Positions 8,684-18,144 of a stretch of DNA of 64,000 bases are shown here, one piece after another. The notes under the pieces are model-generated. The model searched no databases, was not told the origin of the DNA, and saw only the letters and a program-made list of their open reading frames with translations. How positions within the stretch are numbered: the first letter of the stretch is position 1; every line of letters begins with the position of its first letter. The translations under genes were made by a program, and so were the position numbers. Source of the stretch: a bacterium (GTDB lineage Bacteria > Chloroflexota > Dormibacteria > Aeolococcales > Bog-877); NCBI GenBank assembly GCA_021827985.1, contig JAKATL010000003.1:3155-67154 (forward strand), read 5' to 3'.

Positions 8684-9549
8684 CTCACCTCCGGCTGGGC
8701 GTCGGCGGGTCCCGGATCCGCGCCGGCGGCGGAGATCACCTCCATCACGTCGGCCACCTCCACCGGACGCCGGCAGCGCACCTGCAGGTGGCAGAGGAGC
8801 TGGGACTGGTCGGAGACCTGGAGCTGGACGGGGCGCAGCTGCACCGACTCCCGGGAGCTCAGCCTGAGGGCCTTGGAGATCGCCAGGGACAGCTCCGCGA
8901 GCCGGGCGCGGGCGGGAAGCTGGACCTCGATGTCCAGTTGGAGCGGCAGATTGGTGACCGTGAGAGCAGCCATCAGAACCCCGCTGTTGGGGATCCGCAC
9001 CAGCCGGCCCCCCAGGTCGACAGTGGTGTAGACCACCCCCACGTGGGTCACCACCCCCTGGTACTCGATCCCCCCGAATAGGTAGGTGCGGATGTGGACG
9101 AAGTTGCCCACCACGAAGGGGCGGGCCATGAGCAGGACGATCCCGGCGAACACGCTGCCTAGGGAGGTCTGGGCCGCCACCCCCACCACCACCCCGACCA
9201 CCGCGCCCGCGGCCAGAAGTCCCGTGAGGTTGATCTGGAGGGCGGAGAGAACCCCCAGGATCAGGAGGAGGTAGAGGCACCAGGTCACCACCGGCCGCCA
9301 GGCGTACAGAGAGCTCCCCTGGAGGTGGGCGAAGACCCGGGAGTTGAAGGCGCGGATCGCCACCCCTCCCAGGATCACGGCCAGGACGAAGACCCCCAGC
9401 TGGATGGCCAGCCCCTCCCCCCTGGGAGCCAGGCTGAGCAGCTGGGTGCGGGCGGCCAGGAGGAGGGCCACGGCGGCCGTGGCGGTGGCCGCTGTGATCC
9501 AGCCCCGGGGACCGGGTGGCGGGGAGGGGCGGGTTCTGGTGCTCAGCAT
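8680..9549 (-). CDS. Small-conductance mechanosensitive channel (MscS family)
   Basis: Three N-terminal TM helices followed by the MscS beta-domain signature region (GVVVGVAAQTSLGSVFAGIVLLMARPFVVGNFV). Confidence 0.8.
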   Translation of the reverse strand: MLSTRTRPSPPPGPRGWITAATATAAVALLLAARTQLLSLAPRGEGLAIQLGVFVLAVILGGVAIRAFNSRVFAHLQGSSLYAWRPVVTWCLYLLLILGVLSALQINLTGLLAAGAVVGVVVGVAAQTSLGSVFAGIVLLMARPFVVGNFVHIRTYLFGGIEYQGVVTHVGVVYTTVDLGGRLVRIPNSGVLMAALTVTNLPLQLDIEVQLPARARLAELSLAISKALRLSSRESVQLRPVQLQVSDQSQLLCHLQVRCRRPVEVADVMEVISAAGADPGPADAQPEVS

Positions 9550-9588
9550 CGGCCCATCCTGCCAGAGCGCGCCCGATCAGCGCTCAGA

Positions 9589-11082
9589 TCAGCCCTCGGC
9601 GGTCAGGGTGGGGTCGAGGTTGAGCCCGGTCCGGCCCCGGAGGGCGGCCAGGACCCCGGCTGCCACGGCGATGGCGGCGAGGAAGAAGGCGGAGGCGATC
9701 AGGCCCTGGGTCACCGCGTGGACCGAGGCGCTGTGTCCCGCGCCAGCCCCCACGAAGAGACCGTAGACCAAGCCGGTGAGGGCCACCCCCATGGAGGTCC
9801 CGGTGCCCCTGGTCATGTTGAGGATCCCGCTGGCCATCCCCGAGTGCTCGCGGGGAGCCGACCCCATGATGGCGGCGTTGTTGGGTGGGGTGAACATCCC
9901 CAGCCCGATCCCGGCCACTGCCAGCTCCACCAGCAGTAGGCCACCGGTCTCCGGATGGATCCCCATGCCCACCATGGCCAGCGCCAGAACCGCCATCCCT
10001 CCGACGGTGAGCGGCTGGGCGCCGATTCGGTCCGCCAGCGCCCCCGCGATGGGTGCGGTGATTCCCAGGAACACCGGCAGCACCACCAGCTCCAGGCCGG
10101 CAGAGGCGGGGTTCAGGTGCCCGGCATCCTTGAGGTAGAAGGGAAGGACGAAGAGGGCTCCGAAGAGGGCGAGGTAGGAGAGCAGACCCGAGGAGATGCC
10201 TGCGGAGAAGGGAACCACCTTGAACATCGAGAGCTGCATCATGGGGGCCCGGCAGCGCAGCTCGCGGCGGATGAACACCGTTCCGAAGATCAGGGTGGCA
10301 GCCACGAAACCCAGGATCTCGGGGGAGAGCCAGCCCGTCTCGTTCCCGTAGGAGAGGGCCAGCATGAGGGCGGTGATGGCGGCCACGAAGCTGCCGATCC
10401 CCCACCAGTCCATCGGCTGGCGCTCGGCGAGGTGGCGGCTGCGGGGGAGGAGGAACCACCCCAGCCCCATGCCCAGCAATCCGGCCGGCACGTTCACGAA
10501 GAAGATCAGCCGCCAGCCCCCCAGGACGAGGAGCAGGCCTCCCACCGCCGGGCCGAGAGAGAGTCCCAGCGCCTGGGCGGCTCCCTGGACCCCGATCCCC
10601 TTGCCCAGCTTGTCCGGCGGCATCGCCTGCACGATGAGGGCGACGCTGTTGGCCTGGAGCATGGCCGCGCCAAAGCCCTGAAGGACCCGGAAGACGTCGA
10701 GGAAGGTGAGGCTGGGGGCCAGCCCGCAGAGGGCCGTCCCGACGATGAAGATGGCGAAGCCGTAGATGTAGAGGAGCTTGCGTCCCACCATGTCGGCGAA
10801 GCGCCCCACCGCGGTCACCATGGCCACCAGGACTAGGAGGTAGGCCAGCGAGACCCACTCGACCGATCCCAGCGAGGCGTTGAAGTCGGTCTTGAGCCGG
10901 GGGAGGGCCAGGACCACGATGCTGGCGTCCAGCTGGCCCATGAACGCCCCGACGCAGACGGTGCCCACCACCAGCCAGTGGCTGTTGGGGTTCTTGGCCA
11001 CCGAGGCGGGCCGCCGCGGCTCGACCAGAAGGCGCCGCCAGCCGTGGACGGCGTGCTCGGACCCGGACACCGATCCCATCAC
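9589..11082 (-). CDS. MFS transporter, DHA2 (14-TM drug:H+ antiporter, EmrB/QacA-like)
   Basis: 497 aa. MFS motif A region (GRFADMVGRKLLYIYG) and 14 predicted TM segments. Confidence 0.85.
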   Translation of the reverse strand: MMGSVSGSEHAVHGWRRLLVEPRRPASVAKNPNSHWLVVGTVCVGAFMGQLDASIVVLALPRLKTDFNASLGSVEWVSLAYLLVLVAMVTAVGRFADMVGRKLLYIYGFAIFIVGTALCGLAPSLTFLDVFRVLQGFGAAMLQANSVALIVQAMPPDKLGKGIGVQGAAQALGLSLGPAVGGLLLVLGGWRLIFFVNVPAGLLGMGLGWFLLPRSRHLAERQPMDWWGIGSFVAAITALMLALSYGNETGWLSPEILGFVAATLIFGTVFIRRELRCRAPMMQLSMFKVVPFSAGISSGLLSYLALFGALFVLPFYLKDAGHLNPASAGLELVVLPVFLGITAPIAGALADRIGAQPLTVGGMAVLALAMVGMGIHPETGGLLLVELAVAGIGLGMFTPPNNAAIMGSAPREHSGMASGILNMTRGTGTSMGVALTGLVYGLFVGAGAGHSASVHAVTQGLIASAFFLAAIAVAAGVLAALRGRTGLNLDPTLTAEG

Positions 11083-11190
11083 TCGAATATAGCCGGGCCG
11101 CCGAGGCCGGGGGAAAAGAGAGGGCCCGCCCGGATCTCCCGGGCGGGCCCCTGGCTGCCTCCTAGGTGGCTGCCATCGATCCGAGGTCGG

Positions 11191-13128
11191 TCAGCTCCCG
11201 GTGCCGGGGCTGGGGCTCGCGGCAGGCCCCACCTGAGGTGGCATGTAGCCGCCGGGCTGGGCGATCGGGCCCTCCCCCACAACTCCGGTCCCGCTGAGGA
11301 CGATGGCGGCGATCTCCTCGGTCTCGTACCCGCTGTGGACCGCCCAGCCGAAGGCGAGCAGGCCGACCATGATCACCAGGAGGATGTCGGACGGGAAGGG
11401 AATCCCCACCGTCGCCGGTGCCCCCGGGGTCCCGGCCGCACCATAGGATCCGTAATAGGAGATCCCGAGCATCGCCAGGAGGAAGAAGATCAACCACCAG
11501 GTGCTGCTGACCGCTTTCCGCCCCTCCTCGTTGGAGAGGTACCAGAGGGCGGCGGTGAAGCCTCCGATCAGCACGATGGTGGTGAAGTAGAAGACCCCGA
11601 AGGCGGGATGCGAGATCTTGGCCGGAACAGCGGTCAGGGCATAGGCACCCCAGCGCTGGACGATGATCCAGAGCACCAGGAAGACCAGTCCCAGGATGCC
11701 GCCGGTCCCCGCGCTGATCCACCCCTTCATGGGGGCGTAGAACCAGGTGAAGAGGGGCAGGGCGACGAAGACCGCGGCGAAGACGATGGCCAGGGTGAAG
11801 AACCCGGCCCAGTAGACGATCAGGACCGCGCCGATGAAGCCCACGGGGGCCAGGATCTCCGCCCCCCAGAGGCGGAAGGGCCTGCTCAGCGAGCCCGCGG
11901 TGCGGCGCAGGATGGGAAGCCCGATGCCGCCCATGATGTAGGTGAGCACCGTGGCCGAGGTGATGATCCCCACCAGGGTGTACCAGCTGGGCAGCGGCAG
12001 GAAGAAGAGGCAGCCCACCACTGTGGAGGCCACCAGCGCCAGCCAGGGGATCTTGGTCGAGGCCAGGACCTCCTGGAACTGCTTGGGCAGGTACCCCACC
12101 ACCGAGAGCCCGTACACCGTCCGGGAGGAGGTCCCGAGGTAGATGTAGCCGGTCCCGGTGGGGGAGATGAAGGCGTCGATCAGAAGGATGGTGGCGAACC
12201 CGCCCAGGAGAGCGGTTCCGGCACCCTTCATGAGGACGTAGAAGGGCGCGTCGGCGGCGGCGCTGCCAGAGGCCGCCAGCTTGGCCCAGTCACCCACCTG
12301 GACGTGGAAGAAGCCCCAGTTGATGCCACCGGTGAAGGCCACCTGGAGCAGGACGTAGATGACCATCCCGGCGAGGACCGAGAGGATGGTGGCGGTGGGC
12401 ACGTCCCGCTGGGGGTTCTTGGCCTCACCGCCGAAGTCCAGCGCCTGCCGGAAGCCGAGGTAGGAGAAGACGATCCCGGTGCTGGCCACCGCCCCCAGAA
12501 CCGGCTGGGTGCCCAGCGGGAAGAATCCGCCATAACCCGAGAAGTTCTTGGTGTGAAGGTCCAGGATCAGGAGAAAGATGATGGTCAGGCCGGGGATCAG
12601 GAACTTCCAGCCGGTGACGAAGGCGTTGAACTGGCTGAGGAAGCGGATCCCCACGTAGTTGATGATGAAGAAGAGGATCATCAGCGCGATCCCGAAGAGG
12701 ATCCCGGACGGCCAGGTCAGCTCGGAGCTGCTGTTGACGATCCCGTGGATGTAGGAGCTGGCATAGGTGACCACCGCCTCGGCCTCGATGGCCGGCACGG
12801 AGACCGCGGAGAGCAGATATGTCCAGCCCAGGATGAAGCCGGTGTAGCCGCCGTGGGTCAGGTGCGGGTAGCGCACGATCGCGCCGCTGCGGGGCAGCAT
12901 CCCCGAGACCTCGGCGTAGTTGAGGGCAACGAAGAGGACCAGCACGCCACCCACGATCCAGGAGACGATCGCGCCCGGCCCGGCCATGGCGGCCGAGGCG
13001 ATGGCCGCGAACAGCCACCCGGAGCCGATGATCCCTCCCATGGAGAGGAAGAAGAGCTGCCAGACCGACATGGTCCGGGCTAGCTTTCGATCCGACGCGT
13101 CGTAGTCGGGTTTCACCGCCGTCGCCAT
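11191..13128 (-). CDS. APC-superfamily amino-acid/polyamine permease
   Basis: 645 aa, about 12-14 TM segments, with the APC N-terminal consensus (MSVWQLFFLSMGGIIGSGWLF). Confidence 0.85.
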   Translation of the reverse strand: MATAVKPDYDASDRKLARTMSVWQLFFLSMGGIIGSGWLFAAIASAAMAGPGAIVSWIVGGVLVLFVALNYAEVSGMLPRSGAIVRYPHLTHGGYTGFILGWTYLLSAVSVPAIEAEAVVTYASSYIHGIVNSSSELTWPSGILFGIALMILFFIINYVGIRFLSQFNAFVTGWKFLIPGLTIIFLLILDLHTKNFSGYGGFFPLGTQPVLGAVASTGIVFSYLGFRQALDFGGEAKNPQRDVPTATILSVLAGMVIYVLLQVAFTGGINWGFFHVQVGDWAKLAASGSAAADAPFYVLMKGAGTALLGGFATILLIDAFISPTGTGYIYLGTSSRTVYGLSVVGYLPKQFQEVLASTKIPWLALVASTVVGCLFFLPLPSWYTLVGIITSATVLTYIMGGIGLPILRRTAGSLSRPFRLWGAEILAPVGFIGAVLIVYWAGFFTLAIVFAAVFVALPLFTWFYAPMKGWISAGTGGILGLVFLVLWIIVQRWGAYALTAVPAKISHPAFGVFYFTTIVLIGGFTAALWYLSNEEGRKAVSSTWWLIFFLLAMLGISYYGSYGAAGTPGAPATVGIPFPSDILLVIMVGLLAFGWAVHSGYETEEIAAIVLSGTGVVGEGPIAQPGGYMPPQVGPAASPSPGTGS

Positions 13129-13242
13129 CTTTGGCCACCTCCCTACAAGTTGCTCACCGGGGAGGAGTCCCTAGGACACTGGCCCCTCCCCGTTCCCTGT
13201 TGCCCGCAAGATTAGGGACTGGAGGGTCGTTTGGGAAGGGGC

Positions 13243-13289
13243 TTGACAAATTCCCCCGAATCTGGTTACTGGCGAGGGGGCGGTATATT
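13243..13289 (+). promoter_or_regulatory. Putative strong promoter: -35 TTGACA (13243-13248), 17-bp spacer, -10 TTACTG (13266-13271), plus TATATT (13284-13289) 10 nt before the ATG
   Basis: Consensus-quality hexamers are unusual at this GC content. The site lies in the 170-bp divergent intergenic region between the APC permease and the YbjQ operon. Confidence 0.3.
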
Positions 13290-13299
13290 GCCCTGGCAG

Positions 13300-13701
13300 A
13301 TGGAAGAGCTGAGCTTCGCGCCGGACTCCCAACCCGACTTCGAGCAGCTGGCTGCGGGGCTGCGGGCGGACTCCCGCGACCTCTCCACCTTCCTCGAGGT
13401 GATGGCCGGCAAGTTCACCGGGGCGCTTCCCGGCCGGGTCAAGGTCGAGTACCAGGGGGGGGTGCTGCGCCGCAACAAGCAGGTGCGGCGGATCCTGATC
13501 CAGCTGGGGGAGGACCGCTTCGAGGTGGCCCGGGAGCAGGGGGCGGTGGCGGCCCGCCGGGTCCAGGTGGTGCGGGGGATCGCCCTCAAGACCGAGGAGA
13601 TGGCCGTCGATGCCTGGCTTGCCGAGCTCAGCCGGGCGCTGGTGCGCGAGGGCCAGTCCACCTCCGAGGGGCGGATCGCGCTAGAGCGGCTGCTGGGCTG
13701 A
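13300..13701 (+). CDS. Hypothetical protein (134 aa), first gene of the YbjQ/HDAC operon
   Basis: ATG start. Protein-like composition (MEELSFAPDSQPDFEQLAAGLRADSRDLSTFLEVMAGKFTGALPGRVKVEYQ...), no family recognised. Its stop lies 2 nt before the next start. Confidence 0.5.
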   Translation: MEELSFAPDSQPDFEQLAAGLRADSRDLSTFLEVMAGKFTGALPGRVKVEYQGGVLRRNKQVRRILIQLGEDRFEVAREQGAVAARRVQVVRGIALKTEEMAVDAWLAELSRALVREGQSTSEGRIALERLLG

Positions 13702-13703
13702 GA

Positions 13704-14618
13704 GTGCGGTTCTTCCGCGGCGGTCAGCCCGGACCATCCCCGGAGGAGCTGCAGCGCGCTGAGCGCAGCCGCCAGCTGGTGGAGGCAGGCGGCATCCCAC
13801 TCGAGGCCGAGGAGAGGATCGCTCGCCAGCGCCAGTCCGGGGCCGCCTTCACCTCTGACCTCTCCGTCGACGAGCTGGCGGCGCTGCGCCAGCTGGGCTA
13901 TCGCCCGCTGGCCCTGGTGATGGGCAGCTCCATGTACCAGATCGGGTGGGTCCAGGGGGGCTACTCTCGCTTTGGAATGGGGATGGGCTGGACGCCGCCC
14001 GAGCCTCAGGAGAACCTCCCACTCACTCGCGCCCTGACCGACGCTCGCCACCTCGCCCTGGGCCGACTGATGCGCGAGGCCGAGGGGCTGGGGGCGGAGG
14101 GGGTGGTGGGGGTGCGGCTGGTGATCCGCAGCTGGGAGTGGGCTCAGGGGATGGCCGAGTTCACTGTGCTGGGCACCGCGGTCCGCCGCGATGGCCCAGC
14201 CCCCGCCGTGGGCCCCTTCACCTCGACGCTGAGCGGACAGGACATGGCCAAGCTGGCCACGACCGGGCAGCGTCCCCTGGGGGTGGCCCTGGGGGCCAGT
14301 GCCTGGACCGCGATGGCCTTCTTCGGTGGCCTCATGGGCGGAATGGGGAGCTGGTCCAACCAGGAGGTGTCCAGCTTCACCCGGGCGCTGCACCTGGCCC
14401 AGCACCAGAGCCGGGCCCGGATGGCGGCGGAGGCCGCCGCTCTGGGAGGTGAGGGGGTGGTCGGGGTGGAGCTGGAGTCCCACATCCTGGAGTACCAGAC
14501 CGGCTCGGAGCAGGTCCAGGGACGGATCGTGCAGTGGGTGGCGCTGGGCACTGTGGTGGGGGAGGGGGAGCGCGTCGCCGCGTCGCCCGCCCCGCGACTG
14601 GTGGTCCCGCTTAGTTGA
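13704..14618 (+). CDS. Tandem double-YbjQ (UPF0145/DUF74, annotated in Pfam as putative heavy-metal-binding) protein A
   Basis: GTG 13704. Two internal repeats of the YbjQ signature ([33 protein letters not shown] ... GAEGVVGVRLVIRSWEWAQGMAEFTVLGTAV and FTSTLSGQDMAKLATTGQRPLGVALGAS ... GGEGVVGVELESHIL...ALGTVV). The first 190 codons of the track ORF (from 13131) are junk. Confidence 0.65.
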   Translation: MRFFRGGQPGPSPEELQRAERSRQLVEAGGIPLEAEERIARQRQSGAAFTSDLSVDELAALRQLGYRPLALVMGSSMYQIGWVQGGYSRFGMGMGWTPPEPQENLPLTRALTDARHLALGRLMREAEGLGAEGVVGVRLVIRSWEWAQGMAEFTVLGTAVRRDGPAPAVGPFTSTLSGQDMAKLATTGQRPLGVALGASAWTAMAFFGGLMGGMGSWSNQEVSSFTRALHLAQHQSRARMAAEAAALGGEGVVGVELESHILEYQTGSEQVQGRIVQWVALGTVVGEGERVAASPAPRLVVPLS

Positions 14619-14631
14619 TGGAGGAGATGCC

Positions 14632-15441
14632 TTGAGCGAGCAGCAGCCCCTGATCCCCGAGGACGCCGTCAACCGGCTCAAGGAGATGCGTGGCACCGAG
14701 GGCCACCGCAAGCTCTTCACCAGCGACCTCTCGATCTCCGAGTTCCTGCTGGTGAAGGAGGCCGGGTTCGAGCCGGTGGGGCTGGTGGTGGGTAGCTCCA
14801 TCTACCACATAGGCATGCAGATGGCCAACTACGGGCAGAACCAGGAGCTCCAGGTGCTGAGCCAGGCGATGTACCAGGCCCGGGAGCTGGCCATGAGCCG
14901 GATGGAGGAGGAGGCCGACGTCCTCGGCGCGGACGGGATCGTGGGCGTCCGCCTGGACATCAACCGGTATGAGTGGGGTCAGGGGCTGGCCGAGTTCATG
15001 GCGGTGGGAACCGCCGTGCGCAGTGCCCAGGGGACCATGCGCACTCCCAAGGGCAAGCCGTTCACCTCCGACCTCTCCGGGCAGGACTTCTGGACCCTGC
15101 TCCAGGCCGGGTACGCCCCGCTGGCCCTGGTGATGGGGTCCTGCGTCTACCACGTGGCCCACCAGGGGCTCGGTCAGTGGATGCGCCGGGTCGGGCAGAA
15201 CCAGGAGATGCCCAACTTCACCCAGGCCCTCTATGACGCCCGGGAGCTGGCCATGGAGCGGATGCAGCGGGAGGCCGAGGAGGTATCCGCCGAGGGGATC
15301 GTGGGCGCCCAGATCAAGGAGAACAACCACGGCTGGGGAAGCCACGTGATCGAGTTCTTCGCCGTCGGGACCGCGGTCAAGCCCACCCGGGAGGACCACC
15401 GCATCGCAGCGCCCCAGATGGTGCTCTCCCTGGACCAGTAG
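14632..15441 (+). CDS. Tandem double-YbjQ (UPF0145) protein B, paralogue of A
   Basis: TTG 14632 with RBS GGAGGAG (14621-14627). Repeats: [34 protein letters not shown] ... [33 protein letters not shown] and [33 protein letters not shown] ... [31 protein letters not shown]. Confidence 0.7.
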   Translation: MSEQQPLIPEDAVNRLKEMRGTEGHRKLFTSDLSISEFLLVKEAGFEPVGLVVGSSIYHIGMQMANYGQNQELQVLSQAMYQARELAMSRMEEEADVLGADGIVGVRLDINRYEWGQGLAEFMAVGTAVRSAQGTMRTPKGKPFTSDLSGQDFWTLLQAGYAPLALVMGSCVYHVAHQGLGQWMRRVGQNQEMPNFTQALYDARELAMERMQREAEEVSAEGIVGAQIKENNHGWGSHVIEFFAVGTAVKPTREDHRIAAPQMVLSLDQ

Positions 15442-15442
15442 G

Positions 15443-16429
15443 GTGGCGGGGGAGGGGGAGGCCGGGCTGGCCCTGCTCTACGACGAGATCTTCCTCGACC
15501 ACGAGAGCCCGGGACATCCGGAGTCCCCAGACCGGCTCCGTGCCATCGTGGCGGGGCTGCGTGCGGAGCCGCTCATCTCCCCCGCGAGCTGGCGCTCCGC
15601 CCGCCGGGCGGACCCGGACGACCTGCTGCTGGTGCACCTGCCCCGCCACGTCGACCGGATCCAGGCCCTCTCCCTCGAGGGTGGCGGCTGGATCGACCCC
15701 GACACCTACTGCACCCCCTTCTCCTTCGACATCGCCCTGGACGCCGTCGGCGCGTCCCTGGTGGCCGCCGAACTGGCCTGCGCCCCATCTCCCACTCCCT
15801 CCCTGGCCTTGGTGCGGCCCCCGGGGCACCACGCCACCCCGGACCGGGCCATGGGCTTCTGCCTCTTCAACAACCTGGCTCTGGCGGCAAGGCACGCCCA
15901 AAGGCGGCTGGGGGTGGAGCGGGTGGCGATCTTCGATCTGGACGTCCACCATGGGAACGGCACCCAGGAGGTGTTCTGGGAGGACCCCCGGGTGCTCTAC
16001 ACCTCGCTCCACCAGTGGCCGCTGTACCCCGGCACCGGCGCGGCGTCGGAGCGCGGCGGGGGCGACGGCTTCGGAACCACCGTCAACGTTCCCCTTCCGG
16101 CGGGCACCGAGGGCCCGATCTGGCTCGCGGAGCTGGAGTCCCGGGTCCTTCCGGCGGTCCGACGCCATCAACCCGAGCTGATCCTGGTCAGTCTCGGCTT
16201 CGACGCCCTCATCGGAGACCCCCTGGCCGGACTCAGGCTGCGGTGGTCCTCATATGGGCTGGCCATGGCCAGGGTTGCCGAGGTGGCTGCCGAGAGCTGC
16301 CCGGGAAGGGTCGCCGCCTTCCTTGAGGGGGGATACGACCTCCAGGAGATGCCGGTCGCAGCCGTGTCCTGCGCCCTCGCCCTGGCCGGGTTGGAGCCGG
16401 TCCCCAGTCAGGAGCGTGCTTCGGCCTGA
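15443..16429 (+). CDS. Histone-deacetylase-family Zn-dependent deacetylase (AcuC/AphA-like)
   Basis: HDAC class motifs ([34 protein letters not shown] region). Starts 1 nt after the protein B stop. Confidence 0.85.
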   Translation: MAGEGEAGLALLYDEIFLDHESPGHPESPDRLRAIVAGLRAEPLISPASWRSARRADPDDLLLVHLPRHVDRIQALSLEGGGWIDPDTYCTPFSFDIALDAVGASLVAAELACAPSPTPSLALVRPPGHHATPDRAMGFCLFNNLALAARHAQRRLGVERVAIFDLDVHHGNGTQEVFWEDPRVLYTSLHQWPLYPGTGAASERGGGDGFGTTVNVPLPAGTEGPIWLAELESRVLPAVRRHQPELILVSLGFDALIGDPLAGLRLRWSSYGLAMARVAEVAAESCPGRVAAFLEGGYDLQEMPVAAVSCALALAGLEPVPSQERASA

Positions 16430-16433
16430 CCTC

Positions 16434-17147
16434 TCAGCTGCGGGCCGAGCTGCCGATCAGCAGAGGCAAGGCTTCGGAGGTCCCCATTCGCACCACTGCC
16501 GCCGCCCTCCGGTCCAGACGGGTGGGCTCCCGGTTGACGATCAGCAGGTCGGCCCCGTGGCTCAGGGCCAGGAGGGGGAGGGTGGCCGCTGGCCGGACCT
16601 CGAGCCGGCTCCTCACGGCCAGGAAGAGATCGCAGTCCTGGGCCGCCGCCTCGGCCCTTCGGACCGCCTCGCCGTCCAGCGGCTGGCCGAAAGAGATGGC
16701 CGCCGACTTGAGGATTCCACCACAGGCGGGGCAGGACGGGTCCACCTCCCCTTGCCGCACCCGCTCCAGCACCTCCTCCATCTGCCCCTCCCGGCCGCAG
16801 CCCAGGCAGCGGTATCCCCGAAGGTGTCCATGGATCTCGACCAGAAGGCCCGGCGCGGTCCCGGCGGCCAGGTGTAGGCCATCCACGTTCTGGGTGACCA
16901 GGCAGCGCAGCCGGCCCTGCCGCTCCAGCTCCACCAGGGCCAGATGCCCTCGATTGGGCTGGGGGGCCGGCCCCGGGGCGAAGGCCCGCCGTCGCCAGGT
17001 TTCGGCCCGGACTGTGGGGCTGGAGAGGTAGTGCCGAAGGGTCGCCCGGCTGGCAGCGCCCGGATCCCGGGTCCAGATCCCCTCGGGGCCGCGGAAGTCG
17101 GGAATGCCGGAGTCGGTGGAGATCCCGGCCCCGGTCAGGACGCACAC
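16434..17147 (-). CDS. cobB: NAD-dependent protein deacylase (sirtuin, CobB/Sir2 family)
   Basis: VLTGAGISTDSGIPDFRG, QNVDGLH, Zn-ribbon CLGC...CPAC, and catalytic-region HG. The true start may lie slightly upstream (no canonical start codon found; GTG taken from the track). Convergent with the HDAC gene, 4 nt between the two stops. Confidence 0.85.
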   Translation of the reverse strand: MCVLTGAGISTDSGIPDFRGPEGIWTRDPGAASRATLRHYLSSPTVRAETWRRRAFAPGPAPQPNRGHLALVELERQGRLRCLVTQNVDGLHLAAGTAPGLLVEIHGHLRGYRCLGCGREGQMEEVLERVRQGEVDPSCPACGGILKSAAISFGQPLDGEAVRRAEAAAQDCDLFLAVRSRLEVRPAATLPLLALSHGADLLIVNREPTRLDRRAAAVVRMGTSEALPLLIGSSARS

Positions 17148-17236
17148 CCGGCGGGCGGCCGCCAGCAGTTCCCCGCCCCGCTCCAGCTGACGGCGCCGGC
17201 ACTCGGCGGCGGTGTCCTCTGGGAGGGGATCCGGGC

Positions 17237-18091
17237 TCAGCGGGCCCGCACCTCGATCATCTCTCCGGCGCCTGGGCGCACCTCGTAGGTGGGGATGGGG
17301 GTCGTGGCCGGGCCCCAGAGCACCCTTCCGGTCCTAAGGTCGAACTTCGAACCGTGCCAGGGGCAGGTCACCACCTCCCCTTCCAGGCGGCCTTCAGAGA
17401 GGGGGCCACCGGCGTGGGGGCAGACGTTGCCCGCGGCGCAAACCTGGCCGGCAACCCTGGTCAAAACGACCTTCGCACCCCCGATCTGGCAGGTGGTCAT
17501 GACGCCCTCCTGGACCTCCGACTGGAGGACTGCGGGAGTCCAGTCGGAGGGGCCCTCGGTGAAGGCGTTGCGGTTGACCTGGGTCCCCTGGCGGAAGACC
17601 AGCTCCCCCCCAAAATAGGCCGCTCCCAGGGCCAGCCCCAGGCCCAGCCGCCCGAGCGGCCGCCCGGCATCACGCCTCCCGGAGGCGCGCAGTGCCACCG
17701 CTCCGGTGAGCATGGCCAGCGCGGAGAGGTTGAGGATGCCGTGCAGCGCCCCCATCCGGCGCTCATGGCCATAGCTGTCCTGCCAGTCCGCGATCCCGGA
17801 AGCGGCCGCCGCGACCCCAGCGGCGCAGCCGGCGGCCATGAGCAGGTCGGCCGCCCGTTGCTCGCCGGCGAGGTCGAGCAGAGCCGCCCCGGTCCAGGCT
17901 CCTAGGGGTATGTCGGTGAGAGCGGGATGCAGCGGGTGCCCGAGCCACGGGCCATTGAGAAGGTTCTTCGCCGAGGACGCCGGGGCACCGCCGCGCCTGA
18001 TCCCGGCTCCCACCAGACGCTGGCCCAGGTCGGCCAGGGGATCGAGGAACCCCATCGCCCTCACCCAGCCGTCAGGATCCAAGTTCTTCAT
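17237..18091 (-). CDS. Membrane protein with N-terminal DUF2231-like TM domain and C-terminal Rieske [2Fe-2S] domain
   Basis: Rieske motifs CPHAGGPLSEG ... CPWHGSKFD (CxH-n-CxxH). N-terminal hydrophobic helices. ATG at 18091 (MKNLDPDGW); the track's TTG at 18145 is less likely. Confidence 0.75.
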   Translation of the reverse strand: MKNLDPDGWVRAMGFLDPLADLGQRLVGAGIRRGGAPASSAKNLLNGPWLGHPLHPALTDIPLGAWTGAALLDLAGEQRAADLLMAAGCAAGVAAAASGIADWQDSYGHERRMGALHGILNLSALAMLTGAVALRASGRRDAGRPLGRLGLGLALGAAYFGGELVFRQGTQVNRNAFTEGPSDWTPAVLQSEVQEGVMTTCQIGGAKVVLTRVAGQVCAAGNVCPHAGGPLSEGRLEGEVVTCPWHGSKFDLRTGRVLWGPATTPIPTYEVRPGAGEMIEVRAR

Positions 18092-18144
18092 GGGCCACCT
18101 CCTGAACCCGGTCCGTGCGCTCTCGGAGACCCACAATAACCCCA

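Noticed and set aside
8684-9280. N-terminal 200 aa of the 7664-9280 minus ORF (Gly/Arg-rich)
   Set aside because: It overlaps the well-supported mscS gene in another frame. The MBL hydrolase homology only begins near 8683, where a TTG start overlaps the mscS stop.
13131-13703. 190-codon N-terminal extension of the first YbjQ ORF in the track
   Set aside because: The extension is compositionally junk and overlaps the separately supported 13300-13701 gene in another frame. The in-frame GTG at 13704 directly after that gene's stop is the sensible start.
16434-17147. Sirtuin considered as a defence-associated SIR2 (Thoeris ThsA / DSR / SIR2-HerA type)
   Set aside because: It has the canonical CobB architecture including the CxxC...CxxC zinc ribbon and a short length, and lacks any SLOG, HerA or other defence partner. 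It is best explained as a housekeeping protein deacylase.
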